Shown here: piece after piece, positions 8,125-17,359 of the stretch
Position numbering within the stretch: the first letter of the stretch is position 1
Layout: the number at the start of each line of letters is the position of its first letter
Source of the DNA: Mycolicibacterium smegmatis
GTDB lineage: Bacteria > Actinomycetota > Actinomycetes > Mycobacteriales > Mycobacteriaceae
Direction of reading: 5' to 3'
Assembly: GCF_001457595.1 (NCBI RefSeq)
Contig: NZ_LN831039.1
Coordinates: forward strand, 5,160,001 to 5,192,000
DNA: 32,000 bases
The notes under the pieces: generated by a model
The model's database searches: none
The model's input: only the letters and a program-made list of their open reading frames with translations
What the model was told of the DNA's origin: nothing
Program-made: the position numbers and the translations under genes

Positions 8125-11100
8125 GTGAGCAGTTCACCTTCACCATTCGGACAGAACGAGTGGCTGGTCGAGGAGATGTATCGCAAATTCCGCGATGACC
8201 CCTCCTCGGTGGATCCCAGTTGGCATGAATTTCTGGTCGATTACTCCCCCGAGCCCACCACCGACAGTGCCTCCAACGGGCGCACCACCACCGCGGCTCC
8301 CGTGACGCCGCCGACTCCGGCGCCTGCGCCCGCGCCCGAGCCCAAGGCCGCGCCCAAGCCCGCCGCGAAGACCGAGGCCAAGCCCGCCGCCAAGCCGGCG
8401 AAGTCGGCCACCCCGGCCGAGGGCGACGAATCGCAGATCCTGCGCGGCGCCGCGGCAGCGGTGGTCAAGAACATGAACGCCTCACTGGAGGTGCCGACCG
8501 CGACGAGCGTGCGCGCCATCCCGGCGAAGCTGATGATCGACAACCGCGTCGTCATCAACAACCACCTCAAGCGCACGCGCGGCGGCAAGATCAGCTTCAC
8601 CCACCTGCTGGGCTACGCGATCGTGCAGGCGGTCAAGAAGTTCCCGAACATGAACCGCCACTTCGCGGTCGTCGACGGCAAGCCCACCGCGATCACGCCC
8701 GCCCACACCAACCTGGGCCTCGCGATCGACCTGCAGGGCAAGGACGGCAACCGCTCGCTCGTTGTCGCGGCGATCAAGCGTTGCGAGACAATGCGATTCG
8801 GCCAGTTCATCGCCGCATACGAGGACATCGTACGTCGCGCGCGTGACGGCAAGCTCACCGCCGAGGACTTCTCCGGCGTCACCATCTCTCTCACCAATCC
8901 CGGCACTCTGGGCACCGTCCACTCGGTGCCCAGACTCATGCAGGGACAGGGTGCGATCATCGGCGCGGGCGCCATGGAGTACCCCGCCGAGTTCCAGGGC
9001 GCCAGCGAGGAGCGCATCGCCGACCTGGGCATCGGCAAGCTGATCACACTGACGTCGACCTACGACCACCGCATCATCCAGGGTGCGGAGTCCGGCGACT
9101 TCCTGCGCACCATCCACCAGCTGCTGCTCGACGACGACTTCTTCGACGAGATCTTCCGCGAGCTGGGCATCCCGTACGAGCCCGTGCGCTGGCGCACCGA
9201 CAACCCTGACTCGATCGAGGACAAGAACGCGCGCGTCATCGAGCTCATCGCGGCGTACCGCAACCGCGGTCACCTGATGGCCGACATCGATCCGCTGCGC
9301 CTGGACAACACCCGGTTCCGCAGCCACCCGGACCTCGACGTCAACAGCCACGGCCTGACCCTGTGGGACCTCGACCGCGAGTTCAAGGTCGACGGGTTCG
9401 CCGGTGTGCAGCGCAAGAAGCTGCGCGACATCCTCTCGGTGCTGCGCGACGCGTACTGCCGCCACGTCGGTGTCGAGTACACCCACATCCTCGAACCCGA
9501 GCAGCAGCGCTGGATCCAGGAACGCGTCGAGACCAAGCACGACAAGCCGACGGTCGCCGAGCAGAAGTACATCCTGTCCAAGCTCAACGCCGCCGAGGCC
9601 TTCGAGACCTTCCTGCAGACCAAATACGTTGGGCAGAAACGCTTCTCGCTCGAAGGCGCCGAGACCGTCATCCCGATGATGGACGCCGTGATCGACCAGT
9701 GCGCCGAGCACGGTCTCGACGAGGTGGTCATCGCGATGCCGCACCGCGGCCGCCTCAACGTGCTCGCCAACATCGTCGGCAAGCCCTACAGCCAGATCTT
9801 CAGCGAATTCGAGGGCAACCTCAACCCGTCGCAGGCGCACGGCTCCGGCGACGTGAAGTACCACCTGGGCGCCACCGGCACCTACATCCAGATGTTCGGC
9901 GACAACGACATCGAGGTGTCGCTGACCGCCAACCCCAGCCACCTCGAAGCCGTCGACCCGGTGCTCGAAGGTCTGGTGCGCGCCAAGCAGGACCTGCTCG
10001 ACACGGGCGAGGAGGGCTCCGACAACCGGTTCTCCGTCGTGCCGTTGATGCTGCACGGCGACGCAGCGTTCGCGGGCCAGGGCGTGGTGGCCGAGACGCT
10101 CAACCTCGCGCTGCTGCGCGGCTACCGCACGGGCGGCACGATCCACATCGTCGTGAACAACCAGATCGGGTTCACCACGGCGCCCACGGATTCGCGCTCC
10201 AGCGAGTACTGCACCGACGTGGCCAAGATGATCGGCGCGCCGATCTTCCACGTCAACGGCGACGATCCCGAGGCGTGCGCCTGGGTGGCGCGCCTGGCCG
10301 TCGACTTCCGGCAGGCGTTCAAGAAGGACGTCGTCATCGACATGCTGTGCTACCGCCGCCGCGGCCACAACGAGGGCGACGACCCGTCGATGACGCAGCC
10401 CTACATGTACGACGTCATCGACACCAAGCGCGGCTCCCGCAAGGCCTACACCGAGGCCCTGATCGGCCGCGGTGACATCTCGATGAAAGAGGCCGAGGAC
10501 GCCCTGCGCGACTACCAGGGCCAGCTCGAGCGGGTGTTCAACGAGGTCCGCGAGCTTGAGAAACACGAGATCGAGCCCAGTGAGTCCGTCGAGGCCGACC
10601 AGCAGATCCCGAGCAAGCTCGCCACGGCCGTCGACAAGGCGATGCTGCAGCGCATCGGCGATGCGCACCTCGCGCTGCCCGAGGGCTTCACGGTGCACCC
10701 GCGTGTGCGGCCGGTGCTGGAGAAGCGCCGCGAGATGGCCTACGAGGGCCGCATCGACTGGGCGTTCGCCGAGCTGCTCGCGCTCGGCTCGCTCATAGCC
10801 GAGGGCAAGCTCGTGCGGCTTTCGGGTCAGGACACGCAGCGCGGCACGTTCACACAGCGCCACGCGGTTATCGTCGACCGCAAGACCGGCGAGGAGTTCA
10901 CGCCGCTGCAGCTGTTGGCCACCAACCCCGACGGCACACCCACCGGCGGCAAGTTCCTGGTGTACAACTCCGCGCTGAGCGAGTTCGCCGCGGTGGGCTT
11001 CGAGTACGGCTACTCGGTGGGCAACCCCGACGCCATGGTGCTGTGGGAGGCGCAGTTCGGCGACTTCGTCAACGGCGCGCAGTCGATCATCGACGAGTTC

Positions 11101-11811
11101 ATCAGCTCGGGCGAGGCCAAGTGGGGTCAGCTGTCCGATGTCGTGCTGCTGCTGCCGCACGGCCACGAGGGCCAGGGCCCCGACCACACCTCGGGACGCA
11201 TCGAGCGCTTCCTGCAGCTGTGGGCCGAGGGTTCGATGACCATCGCCATGCCGTCGACGCCGGCGAACTACTTCCACCTGCTGCGCAGGCACGGCAAGGA
11301 CGGCATCCAGCGTCCGCTGATCGTGTTCACGCCCAAGTCGATGCTGCGCAACAAGGCCGCCGTCAGCGACATCCGCGACTTCACCGAGAGCAAGTTCCGC
11401 TCGGTGCTCGAGGAGCCGATGTACACCGACGGTGAAGGCGACCGCAACAAGGTCACGCGCCTGCTGCTGACCAGCGGCAAGATCTACTACGAGCTTGCCG
11501 CGCGCAAGGCCAAGGAGAACCGCGAGGACGTCGCGATCGTGCGTATCGAGCAGCTCGCGCCGCTGCCGCGGCGCAGGCTCGCCGAGACGCTCGACCGGTA
11601 CCCGAACGTCAAGGAGAAGTTCTGGGTGCAGGAGGAGCCGGCCAACCAGGGCGCATGGCCGTCCTTCGGGTTGACGCTCCCCGAGATCCTCCCGGACCAC
11701 TTCACGGGCCTCAAGCGCATCTCGCGGCGCGCCATGTCGGCGCCGTCGTCGGGTTCGTCGAAGGTGCACGCTGTCGAGCAGCAGGAGATCCTCGACACAG
11801 CGTTCGGCTGA
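8125..11811 (+). CDS. kgd: Multifunctional 2-oxoglutarate metabolism enzyme Kgd (SucA-type E1 fused to an E2-like acyltransferase domain)
   Basis: Track ORF 8116..11811 (1231 aa); mature start most likely GTG at 8125 ([36 protein letters not shown]). Ala/Pro/Lys linker, acyltransferase motif [15 protein letters not shown], ThDP E1 motifs ([58 protein letters not shown]). Confidence 0.98.
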   Translation: MSSSPSPFGQNEWLVEEMYRKFRDDPSSVDPSWHEFLVDYSPEPTTDSASNGRTTTAAPVTPPTPAPAPAPEPKAAPKPAAKTEAKPAAKPAKSATPAEGDESQILRGAAAAVVKNMNASLEVPTATSVRAIPAKLMIDNRVVINNHLKRTRGGKISFTHLLGYAIVQAVKKFPNMNRHFAVVDGKPTAITPAHTNLGLAIDLQGKDGNRSLVVAAIKRCETMRFGQFIAAYEDIVRRARDGKLTAEDFSGVTISLTNPGTLGTVHSVPRLMQGQGAIIGAGAMEYPAEFQGASEERIADLGIGKLITLTSTYDHRIIQGAESGDFLRTIHQLLLDDDFFDEIFRELGIPYEPVRWRTDNPDSIEDKNARVIELIAAYRNRGHLMADIDPLRLDNTRFRSHPDLDVNSHGLTLWDLDREFKVDGFAGVQRKKLRDILSVLRDAYCRHVGVEYTHILEPEQQRWIQERVETKHDKPTVAEQKYILSKLNAAEAFETFLQTKYVGQKRFSLEGAETVIPMMDAVIDQCAEHGLDEVVIAMPHRGRLNVLANIVGKPYSQIFSEFEGNLNPSQAHGSGDVKYHLGATGTYIQMFGDNDIEVSLTANPSHLEAVDPVLEGLVRAKQDLLDTGEEGSDNRFSVVPLMLHGDAAFAGQGVVAETLNLALLRGYRTGGTIHIVVNNQIGFTTAPTDSRSSEYCTDVAKMIGAPIFHVNGDDPEACAWVARLAVDFRQAFKKDVVIDMLCYRRRGHNEGDDPSMTQPYMYDVIDTKRGSRKAYTEALIGRGDISMKEAEDALRDYQGQLERVFNEVRELEKHEIEPSESVEADQQIPSKLATAVDKAMLQRIGDAHLALPEGFTVHPRVRPVLEKRREMAYEGRIDWAFAELLALGSLIAEGKLVRLSGQDTQRGTFTQRHAVIVDRKTGEEFTPLQLLATNPDGTPTGGKFLVYNSALSEFAAVGFEYGYSVGNPDAMVLWEAQFGDFVNGAQSIIDEFISSGEAKWGQLSDVVLLLPHGHEGQGPDHTSGRIERFLQLWAEGSMTIAMPSTPANYFHLLRRHGKDGIQRPLIVFTPKSMLRNKAAVSDIRDFTESKFRSVLEEPMYTDGEGDRNKVTRLLLTSGKIYYELAARKAKENREDVAIVRIEQLAPLPRRRLAETLDRYPNVKEKFWVQEEPANQGAWPSFGLTLPEILPDHFTGLKRISRRAMSAPSSGSSKVHAVEQQEILDTAFG
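8343..8405 (+). repeat. Low-complexity Pro/Ala/Lys-coding linker inside kgd
   Basis: Encodes [21 protein letters not shown]; imperfect aagcccgccgc/aaggccgcg repeats. Confidence 0.8.
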
Positions 11812-11851
11812 CCTGGGGCGACTTCGAATCACCCCGCGCGTAAACCTGGGC

Positions 11852-11883
11852 ACCCTGGTTGGTTTCGATTAACCAACTAGGGT
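11852..11883. promoter_or_regulatory. Large palindromic operator candidate upstream of the MHS-family transporter
   Basis: ACCCTGGTTGGTT-TCGATT-AACCAACTAGGGT: 12 of 13 bp symmetric arms around a 6-nt centre, ending 24 nt before the ATG at 11908; the right arm contains TAGGGT, a possible -10 element. Confidence 0.6.
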
Positions 11884-11907
11884 GCCTATTTCTTGGATCG
11901 CCCGCGC

Positions 11908-13218
11908 ATGACCGTAACCGCAGACCTGGTCGACGAACAGCCGAACACACCTGACGAGAAAAAGACGGTCAGGACCGCCGTTCTGGCGAGCGTGGTCGGC
12001 ACGACGATCGAGTGGTACGACTTCTTCCTGTACGCGACGGCCGCGAGCCTGGTGTTCAACCACGCGTTCTTCCCCGACCAGAGTTCGTTCGTCGGGACGA
12101 TGCTCGCGTTCGCGACGTTCGCCGTGGGCTTCGTGGTGCGTCCCATCGGCGGCTTCGTGTTCGGCCACGTCGGCGACCGCATCGGGCGCAAGAAGACGCT
12201 CGCGCTGACCATGCTGCTGATGGGTGTGGCCACCGCGCTCATGGGCTTCCTGCCGACGGCCGCGCAGATCGGCGTGCTCGCACCGATTTTGCTGCTGGTC
12301 CTGCGCATCGTGCAGGGCTTCGCGCTGGGCGGCGAATGGGCGGGTGCGGTGCTGCTGGCCGTCGAACACAGCCCGCGCAACCGCCGCGGCCTGTTCGGCA
12401 GCATCCCGCAGGTCGGTCTCGCGCTGGGTCTGGCGCTGGGCACCGCGGTGTTCGTGGTGCTGCAGGTGGCGCTGACGCCCGAGGCGTTCCTGTCCTACGG
12501 CTGGCGCATCGCGTTCCTGGTGAGCATCGTGCTGGTGATCTTCGGGGTGGTGGTGCGCTTCCGCGTCGCCGAGACCCCGGCCTTCGAGCAGGTTCAGCGC
12601 GAGGACGACCGTGCCGCGGTGCCGGTGCGCGAAGTGTTCAGGCCGCCCGTGCTGCGCTCGACCATCCTGGGCCTGTTGTCGCGCTGGGGTGAGGGTGCGG
12701 CGTTCAACACCTGGGGCGTCTTCACCATCGCGTACGCGACGACGACGCTGGGGCTCGACAAGGTCGCGGTGCTGATCGTCGTGACCGTGGCCGCGCTGCT
12801 CATGGCGGTCCTGCTGCCGGTTTCGGGCGCGCTCGCCGACCGGTTCAGCCCGCGCACGGTGTATGCCGCAGGCATCGCGGCGTACGGCGTGATCGTGTTC
12901 CCCGCATTCGCGCTGTTCAACACGGGCAGCATCGCGGCGTACGCGGTCGGAATGATCCTGGCGTTCGGCGTGATCCATGCGCTGTTCTACGGCGCGCAGG
13001 GCACGCTGTACGCCTCACTGTTCCCCACCCGCAGCCGCTACACGGGCCTGTCGACGGTGTACCAACTCTCGGGCGTGTACGCCTCGGGCCTGACGCCGCT
13101 GATCCTGACCTCGCTGATCGCCGCGGGCGGCGGCAAGCCCTGGTACGCGTGCGGATATCTGGTGGCCACCGCGGTCATCAGCGTCGTCGCCACGCTGCTG
13201 CTGCGCCCCGAGCACTAA
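11908..13218 (+). CDS. MFS transporter, metabolite:H+ symporter (MHS) family, shikimate/proline/betaine-type
   Basis: Track ORF 11893..13218; MTVTADLVDEQ start at ATG 11908. VVGTTIEWYDFFLYATAASLVFNHAFFP, VVRPIGGFVFGHVGDRIGRKKTLALTMLLMG, RIVQGFALGGEWAGAVLLAVEHSPRNRRGLFGSIPQVG are diagnostic MHS motifs. Confidence 0.93.
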   Translation: MTVTADLVDEQPNTPDEKKTVRTAVLASVVGTTIEWYDFFLYATAASLVFNHAFFPDQSSFVGTMLAFATFAVGFVVRPIGGFVFGHVGDRIGRKKTLALTMLLMGVATALMGFLPTAAQIGVLAPILLLVLRIVQGFALGGEWAGAVLLAVEHSPRNRRGLFGSIPQVGLALGLALGTAVFVVLQVALTPEAFLSYGWRIAFLVSIVLVIFGVVVRFRVAETPAFEQVQREDDRAAVPVREVFRPPVLRSTILGLLSRWGEGAAFNTWGVFTIAYATTTLGLDKVAVLIVVTVAALLMAVLLPVSGALADRFSPRTVYAAGIAAYGVIVFPAFALFNTGSIAAYAVGMILAFGVIHALFYGAQGTLYASLFPTRSRYTGLSTVYQLSGVYASGLTPLILTSLIAAGGGKPWYACGYLVATAVISVVATLLLRPEH

Positions 13219-13979
13219 TCGGCCGTCAGCACCAGCGGTCCGTCGGCCGTGATCGCCACGGTGTTCTCGGTGTGTGCGGTGCGTGAACCGTCGGCCGAGC
13301 GGATGGTCCACCCGTCGCGGTCGAACCTGATGCGGTCGGTGGTGCGGGCGAACCACGGTTCCAGCGCGAGTGTCATGCCGTCGCGCAACCGCATGCCGCG
13401 TCCGGGCCTGCCCCGGTTGGGCACATGTGGATCCTCGTGCATGGTGCGCCCCAGACCGTGCCCGCCGAACTCGAGGTTGACCGGGTAGCCGTAGTCGTCC
13501 GCCACGGCGCCGATCGCCGCGGAGATGTCGCCGAGACGGTTTCCCGGCACCGCGGCCGCCGTCGCCGCCGCGAGTGCGTCACGCGTCGCCTGCACGAGGC
13601 GTTCATCCTCGGCGTCGGGGGTCCCGACGATCACGGTGCGCGCCGCGTCGGCGACCCAACCGTCGATCGAGACCGCGAAGTCCAGGCTCAGCACGTCACC
13701 GTCGCGCAGCACGTAGCTGTGCGGAAGGCCGTGCAGCACAGCGTCGTTCACCGACAGGCAGATCACGTTGCGGAACGGGCCCGACCCGAACGACGGGTGG
13801 TAGTCCCAGTAGCAGGACGTCGCGCCACGCTCGGCGATCATGTCGCGCGCGCGGTGTTCGAGGTCCAGCAGGTTGACGCCGACGGCCGCCATCTCGCTGA
13901 GTTCGCGGAGCACCTCGGCCACGAAGCGACCGGTGGTCCGCATCTTGTCGATCTCGGCAGGTGTCTTCAGTTCGATCAT
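13215..13979 (-). CDS. map: Type I methionine aminopeptidase
   Basis: 254 aa; complete metal/catalytic set: VICLSVNDAVLHGLP, LSLDFAVSIDGWVADAARTV, FGGHGLGRTMHEDPHVPN, MTLALEPWF, AHTENTVAIT. Stop overlaps the convergent MFS stop in CTAA (13215-13218). Confidence 0.93.
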   Translation of the reverse strand: MIELKTPAEIDKMRTTGRFVAEVLRELSEMAAVGVNLLDLEHRARDMIAERGATSCYWDYHPSFGSGPFRNVICLSVNDAVLHGLPHSYVLRDGDVLSLDFAVSIDGWVADAARTVIVGTPDAEDERLVQATRDALAAATAAAVPGNRLGDISAAIGAVADDYGYPVNLEFGGHGLGRTMHEDPHVPNRGRPGRGMRLRDGMTLALEPWFARTTDRIRFDRDGWTIRSADGSRTAHTENTVAITADGPLVLTAD

Positions 13980-13995
13980 GCGTCTTCTCCGTATC

Positions 13996-14009
13996 GGTAT
14001 ACAAATACC
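13996..14009. promoter_or_regulatory. Operator half of a tandem pair (map-proximal)
   Basis: GGTATACAAATACC: 5-bp symmetric arms GGTAT/ATACC; 16 nt upstream of the map ATG. Confidence 0.65.
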
Positions 14010-14017
14010 ACCCTAGC

Positions 14018-14031
14018 GGTATTTAAATACC
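14018..14031. promoter_or_regulatory. Operator of a tandem pair (XRE-proximal)
   Basis: GGTATTTAAATACC, perfect 14-bp palindrome; 17 nt upstream of the GTG at 14049; 22 bp centre to centre from the site at 13996. Confidence 0.7.
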
Positions 14032-14048
14032 AGCGATACCGTGGACCC

Positions 14049-14309
14049 GTGGTCCGCACCCCGCTCACCCCCGAACAGGTCGCCGCCGGGCGTCGTCTCG
14101 GCGCCACCTTGCGCGCCGCGCGCGCCTCGCGCACCCTCGAAGAGGTCGCCGCGTCGGCGGGCATCTCGCCGGAGACGCTGCGCAAGATCGAGACCGGGCG
14201 CCTACCCTCCCCCGCGTTCGGCACCATCGTCGGACTCAGTGACGCACTCGGTGTGCCCCTCGCCCATCTCGCCGAGGTGTGGCGGCCGGCAAAGGCCGCG
14301 GCATCCTGA
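14049..14309 (+). CDS. Small XRE-family HTH transcriptional regulator
   Basis: The 3' part of track ORF 13425..14309. From GTG 14049: VRTPLTPEQVAAGRRLGATLRAARASRTLEEVAASAGISPETLRKIETGRLPSPAFGTIVGLSDALGVPLAHLAEVW, a canonical HTH_XRE. The upstream part of the track ORF is antisense to map. Confidence 0.88.
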   Translation: MVRTPLTPEQVAAGRRLGATLRAARASRTLEEVAASAGISPETLRKIETGRLPSPAFGTIVGLSDALGVPLAHLAEVWRPAKAAAS

Positions 14310-14325
14310 GGCCGTGTAGGCGGGA

Positions 14326-14347
14326 CCAGCGGTACCGGTTACGCTGG
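14326..14347. promoter_or_regulatory. Palindrome between the XRE gene and the SDR gene (operator or terminator)
   Basis: CCAGCGGTACCGGTTACGCTGG: outer arms CCAGCG/CGCTGG plus central ACCGGT; 18 of 22 positions symmetric. Confidence 0.45.
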
Positions 14348-14387
14348 CCCTATTGACACATGTCTGACGACACGAGGGAGTGTGGAT

Positions 14388-15212
14388 ATGGAGGGCTTCG
14401 CCGGGAAAGTCGCCGTCGTCACGGGCGCCGGTAGCGGCATCGGGCAGGCACTGGCCATCGAACTGGGCCGCTCGGGCGCCAAGCTGGCCATCTGCGACGT
14501 CGACACCGAAGGCCTCGCCGCGACCGAGGAACGTCTCAAGGCCATCGGCGCCCCCGTGAAGGCCGACCGCCTCGACGTCACCGAACGCGAGGCGTTCCTG
14601 CTCTACGCCGACGCGGTCAAGGAGCACTACGGCACGGTCAACCAGATCTACAACAACGCCGGCATCGCGTTCACCGGTGACGTCGAGATCAGCGAGTTCA
14701 AGGACATCGAGCGCGTGATGGACGTGGACTTCTGGGGCGTGGTCAACGGCACGAAGGCGTTCCTGCCGCATCTGATCGCCTCGGGCGACGGGCACGTGAT
14801 CAACGTGTCGAGCGTCTTCGGGCTGTTCTCGGTGCCCGGCCAGGCCGCGTACAACTCCGCGAAGTTCGCGGTGCGCGGCTTCACCGAGGCGCTGCGCCAG
14901 GAGATGGCGATCGCCAAGCATCCCGTCAAGGTGACCACCGTGCACCCGGGTGGCATCAAGACCGCGATCGCCCGCAACGCCACCGCGGCCGAGGGACTCG
15001 ACGCCAAGGAACTCGCCGAGGCGTTCGACAAGAAACTCGCCAACACGACGCCGCAGCGCGCGGCGGTGATCATCCTCGACGGCGTGCGCAAGAACAAGGC
15101 GCGCGTGCTCGTGGGGCCCGACGCCAAGATCCTCGACGTCATCGTCCGGATCACCGGATCGGGTTACCAGCGGCTGTTCTCGGCCGTCGCGGCCAAGGCC
15201 ATGCCCCGCTAG
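14388..15212 (+). CDS. SDR family oxidoreductase (Rv1245c-like)
   Basis: Track ORF begins at GTG 14382, ATG at 14388. VAVVTGAGSGIGQALAIEL (TGxxxGIG), NQIYNNAGIAF, NVSSVFG..VPGQAAYNSAKFAVRGF (YxxxK). Confidence 0.92.
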   Translation: MEGFAGKVAVVTGAGSGIGQALAIELGRSGAKLAICDVDTEGLAATEERLKAIGAPVKADRLDVTEREAFLLYADAVKEHYGTVNQIYNNAGIAFTGDVEISEFKDIERVMDVDFWGVVNGTKAFLPHLIASGDGHVINVSSVFGLFSVPGQAAYNSAKFAVRGFTEALRQEMAIAKHPVKVTTVHPGGIKTAIARNATAAEGLDAKELAEAFDKKLANTTPQRAAVIILDGVRKNKARVLVGPDAKILDVIVRITGSGYQRLFSAVAAKAMPR

Positions 15213-15219
15213 CGACCCG

Positions 15220-16062
15220 CTAGTGCCCAAGGGGGTTGGCCTGCAGGAACTCGTCGGCCACAGCGCCGGGATCGGCACCCTCGGCGACCTTGCGCCGCAT
15301 GTCGGCCAGCGACCCGGTGTCGAGCACGCCCGCGATCTCGTTGAGCGCGCGGATCTGCCGTTCGTCGAGTTCGTTGCGCCGGTACAGCGGCACGATGTTC
15401 TCGGCGCGGATCAGCGAGGTCCGGTCGGCCAGCACCACCAGGTGTGACGGAATCTCCGGATCGGCGGTGCGCGACCACGCCACGTTGATCCGGCCCGCGT
15501 CCAGCGCCGCGAACAGCGTGTCCTCGTCGTCGAACCGCACCGGTTTCGCCGGCGTGCACTGCCCGATCGTCGTCGGCACCTGCGCCCCGGCCACCGCACC
15601 GGGCCGCACCTGCGCGCAGTGCCTGCGCAGCGCCGCGAGATCGGTGCCGTCCCATGCCCGCGTGGTGGCCTCGGTGGCCACCAGCGCCGGCTTGTCCTGC
15701 GCCGACGTCGTGTAGTCGCCCGCTGCGACACCCTCCGGCAGCGCCGAGAGCAGGTCGCGGTAGACCTGCTCGTCGGCGCGTGCGGACGCACCGGGATCCA
15801 GCGCGACCAGCAACTGCCCGGTGAAACCGGGCAGCACCGTCACGGCCGACGAGTCCAGCGCTCCGAGTCCTTCGTCGGTCTCGACGACCTCGGCGGGTGA
15901 GCCGTAGTAGCGCAGCGCTGCCGCGTAGAGGTGACCGATGAGTGCGGACTCGGCGCCGGGCGCCGCACCGACCCGGATGGGCGGCGTGCCGGACTGCCCG
16001 CCGCATCCGGTCGCGATCAGCGCCAGCACCACCAGGACGGCCGGAACCAGGATGCGGCGCAT
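15220..16062 (-). CDS. lpqZ: Glycine-betaine/osmoprotectant-type ABC substrate-binding lipoprotein LpqZ
   Basis: 280 aa; signal peptide and lipobox LIATGCGG; OpuAC-like features IRVGAAPGAESALIGHLYAAAL, AVTVLPGFTGQLL, ENIVPLYRRNEL; located next to the SDR gene as in M. tuberculosis. Confidence 0.85.
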   Translation of the reverse strand: MRRILVPAVLVVLALIATGCGGQSGTPPIRVGAAPGAESALIGHLYAAALRYYGSPAEVVETDEGLGALDSSAVTVLPGFTGQLLVALDPGASARADEQVYRDLLSALPEGVAAGDYTTSAQDKPALVATEATTRAWDGTDLAALRRHCAQVRPGAVAGAQVPTTIGQCTPAKPVRFDDEDTLFAALDAGRINVAWSRTADPEIPSHLVVLADRTSLIRAENIVPLYRRNELDERQIRALNEIAGVLDTGSLADMRRKVAEGADPGAVADEFLQANPLGH

Positions 16063-16070
16063 GAACCTGC

Positions 16071-17258
16071 TCAGACGCCCGAGGCTTCGGCGACCGCGGC
16101 AGCCACGGCCGGGCCCACCCGCGGGTCAAGCGCGCTCGGCACGATGTGGTCCACGCCCAGATCGTCGCCCACCACCGAGAAGATGGCATGCGCGGCAGCC
16201 ACTTTCATCTCCTCGGTGATCCGGCGCGCACCGGCGTCGAGCGCACCGCGGAACACGCCGGGGAACGCGAGCACGTTGTTGATCTGGTTCGGGAAGTCGC
16301 TGCGCCCGGTCGCGACCACGGCGGCGTACTTGCGCGCGGCGTCCGGGTGGATCTCGGGATCCGGGTTGGACAGCGCGAACACGATGCCCTTGGGCGCCAT
16401 GGTCGCGATGAGTTCCTCGGGCACCAGCCCGGCCGACACCCCGAGGAAGACGTCGGCGCCCGCGAGCGCCTCGGCCAGTCCGCCGGTGAGGCCTCGCGGA
16501 TTGGTGCGCTGGGCCAGTTCGGCCTTGAACGAGTTCAGATCGGTGCGACCGCTGGACACGATGCCCTTGCTGTCGAGGACGACGATGTCGGAGATGCCGC
16601 TGTTGCGCAGGATGTTGGTGCACGCGACGCCCGCCGCGCCGGCCCCGGACACCACGACCTTGAGGCTCGCCAGGTCACGGTCGAGCACCTTGACCGCCCC
16701 GAGCAGGGCGGCGAGCACCACGATCGCGGTGCCGTGCTGATCGTCGTGCATCACCGGGCAGTCCAGCGCCTCGATGACGCGGCGCTCGATCTCGAAGCAG
16801 CGGGGTGCCGAGATGTCCTCGAGGTTCACCGCGCCGAACGTCGGCCGCAGCCGGACCAGCGTCTCGACGATCTCGTCGGGGTCGTTGGTGTCGAGCACCA
16901 GCGGGATGGAGTCCAGGCCGCCGAACGTCTTGAACAGCGCGGCCTTGCCCTCCATGACGGGAAGCGACGCGGCGGCCCCGATGTCACCGAGGCCGAGCAC
17001 GGCACTGCCGTCGCTGACCACCGCGACCAGGCGGTTGGCCCAGGTGTATCTTGCGGCCAGCGTCGCATCCGCGGCGATCGCCCGGCTGACCTGGGCAACA
17101 CCGGGGGTGTAGGCGATGGACAACGCTCGCTGGGTATCCAGCGGAGACTTCAACTCGACAGAGAGTTTTCCGCCTTCATGTGCGGCAAAGATCTCGGAGT
17201 CCTCGATGACCACTTGCGGGGTACGCACCAATTCCGACACGGCGTCAGGGTACTTCAC
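16071..17258 (-). CDS. NAD(P)-dependent malic enzyme
   Basis: 395 aa; SIAYTPGVAQV, VVSDGSAVLGLGDIGAAASLPVMEGKAALFK, NLEDISAPRCFEIE, VMHDDQHGTAIVVLAAL, GAGAAGVACTNIL. Confidence 0.93.
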   Translation of the reverse strand: MKYPDAVSELVRTPQVVIEDSEIFAAHEGGKLSVELKSPLDTQRALSIAYTPGVAQVSRAIAADATLAARYTWANRLVAVVSDGSAVLGLGDIGAAASLPVMEGKAALFKTFGGLDSIPLVLDTNDPDEIVETLVRLRPTFGAVNLEDISAPRCFEIERRVIEALDCPVMHDDQHGTAIVVLAALLGAVKVLDRDLASLKVVVSGAGAAGVACTNILRNSGISDIVVLDSKGIVSSGRTDLNSFKAELAQRTNPRGLTGGLAEALAGADVFLGVSAGLVPEELIATMAPKGIVFALSNPDPEIHPDAARKYAAVVATGRSDFPNQINNVLAFPGVFRGALDAGARRITEEMKVAAAHAIFSVVGDDLGVDHIVPSALDPRVGPAVAAAVAEASGV

Positions 17259-17359
17259 AGCCAGACCTCACCGGGGGCCCTTCCCCACTCGTGAAAGGTC
17301 CTTTACAAACGCCTGACGCGTAGCATTCTGCACACAGCAGCAGAAGGGAGGCCGGAAAC

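Noticed and set aside
8482-11853. 1123-aa minus-strand ORF antisense to kgd
   Set aside because: The product is rich in Arg, His, Val and Gly without recognisable domains, typical of reading opposite a high-GC3 gene. The plus strand encodes a well-known full-length enzyme.
13425-14048. 5' extension of the ORF that contains the XRE regulator
   Set aside because: This part is antisense to map and crosses the shared promoter region. The HTH protein starts credibly at GTG 14049.
14202-15278. 358-aa minus-strand ORF opposite the SDR gene
   Set aside because: His/Val/Arg-rich shadow product; the SDR motifs on the plus strand are decisive.
16146-17294. 382-aa plus-strand ORF opposite the malic enzyme
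   Set aside because: Shadow ORF without domain motifs; it would also fill the malic enzyme promoter.
17259-17359. Possible Mg2+ riboswitch upstream of corA
   Set aside because: Only 101 bp shared by two divergent genes, and no recognisable M-box or long structured leader; reported only as small inverted repeats.
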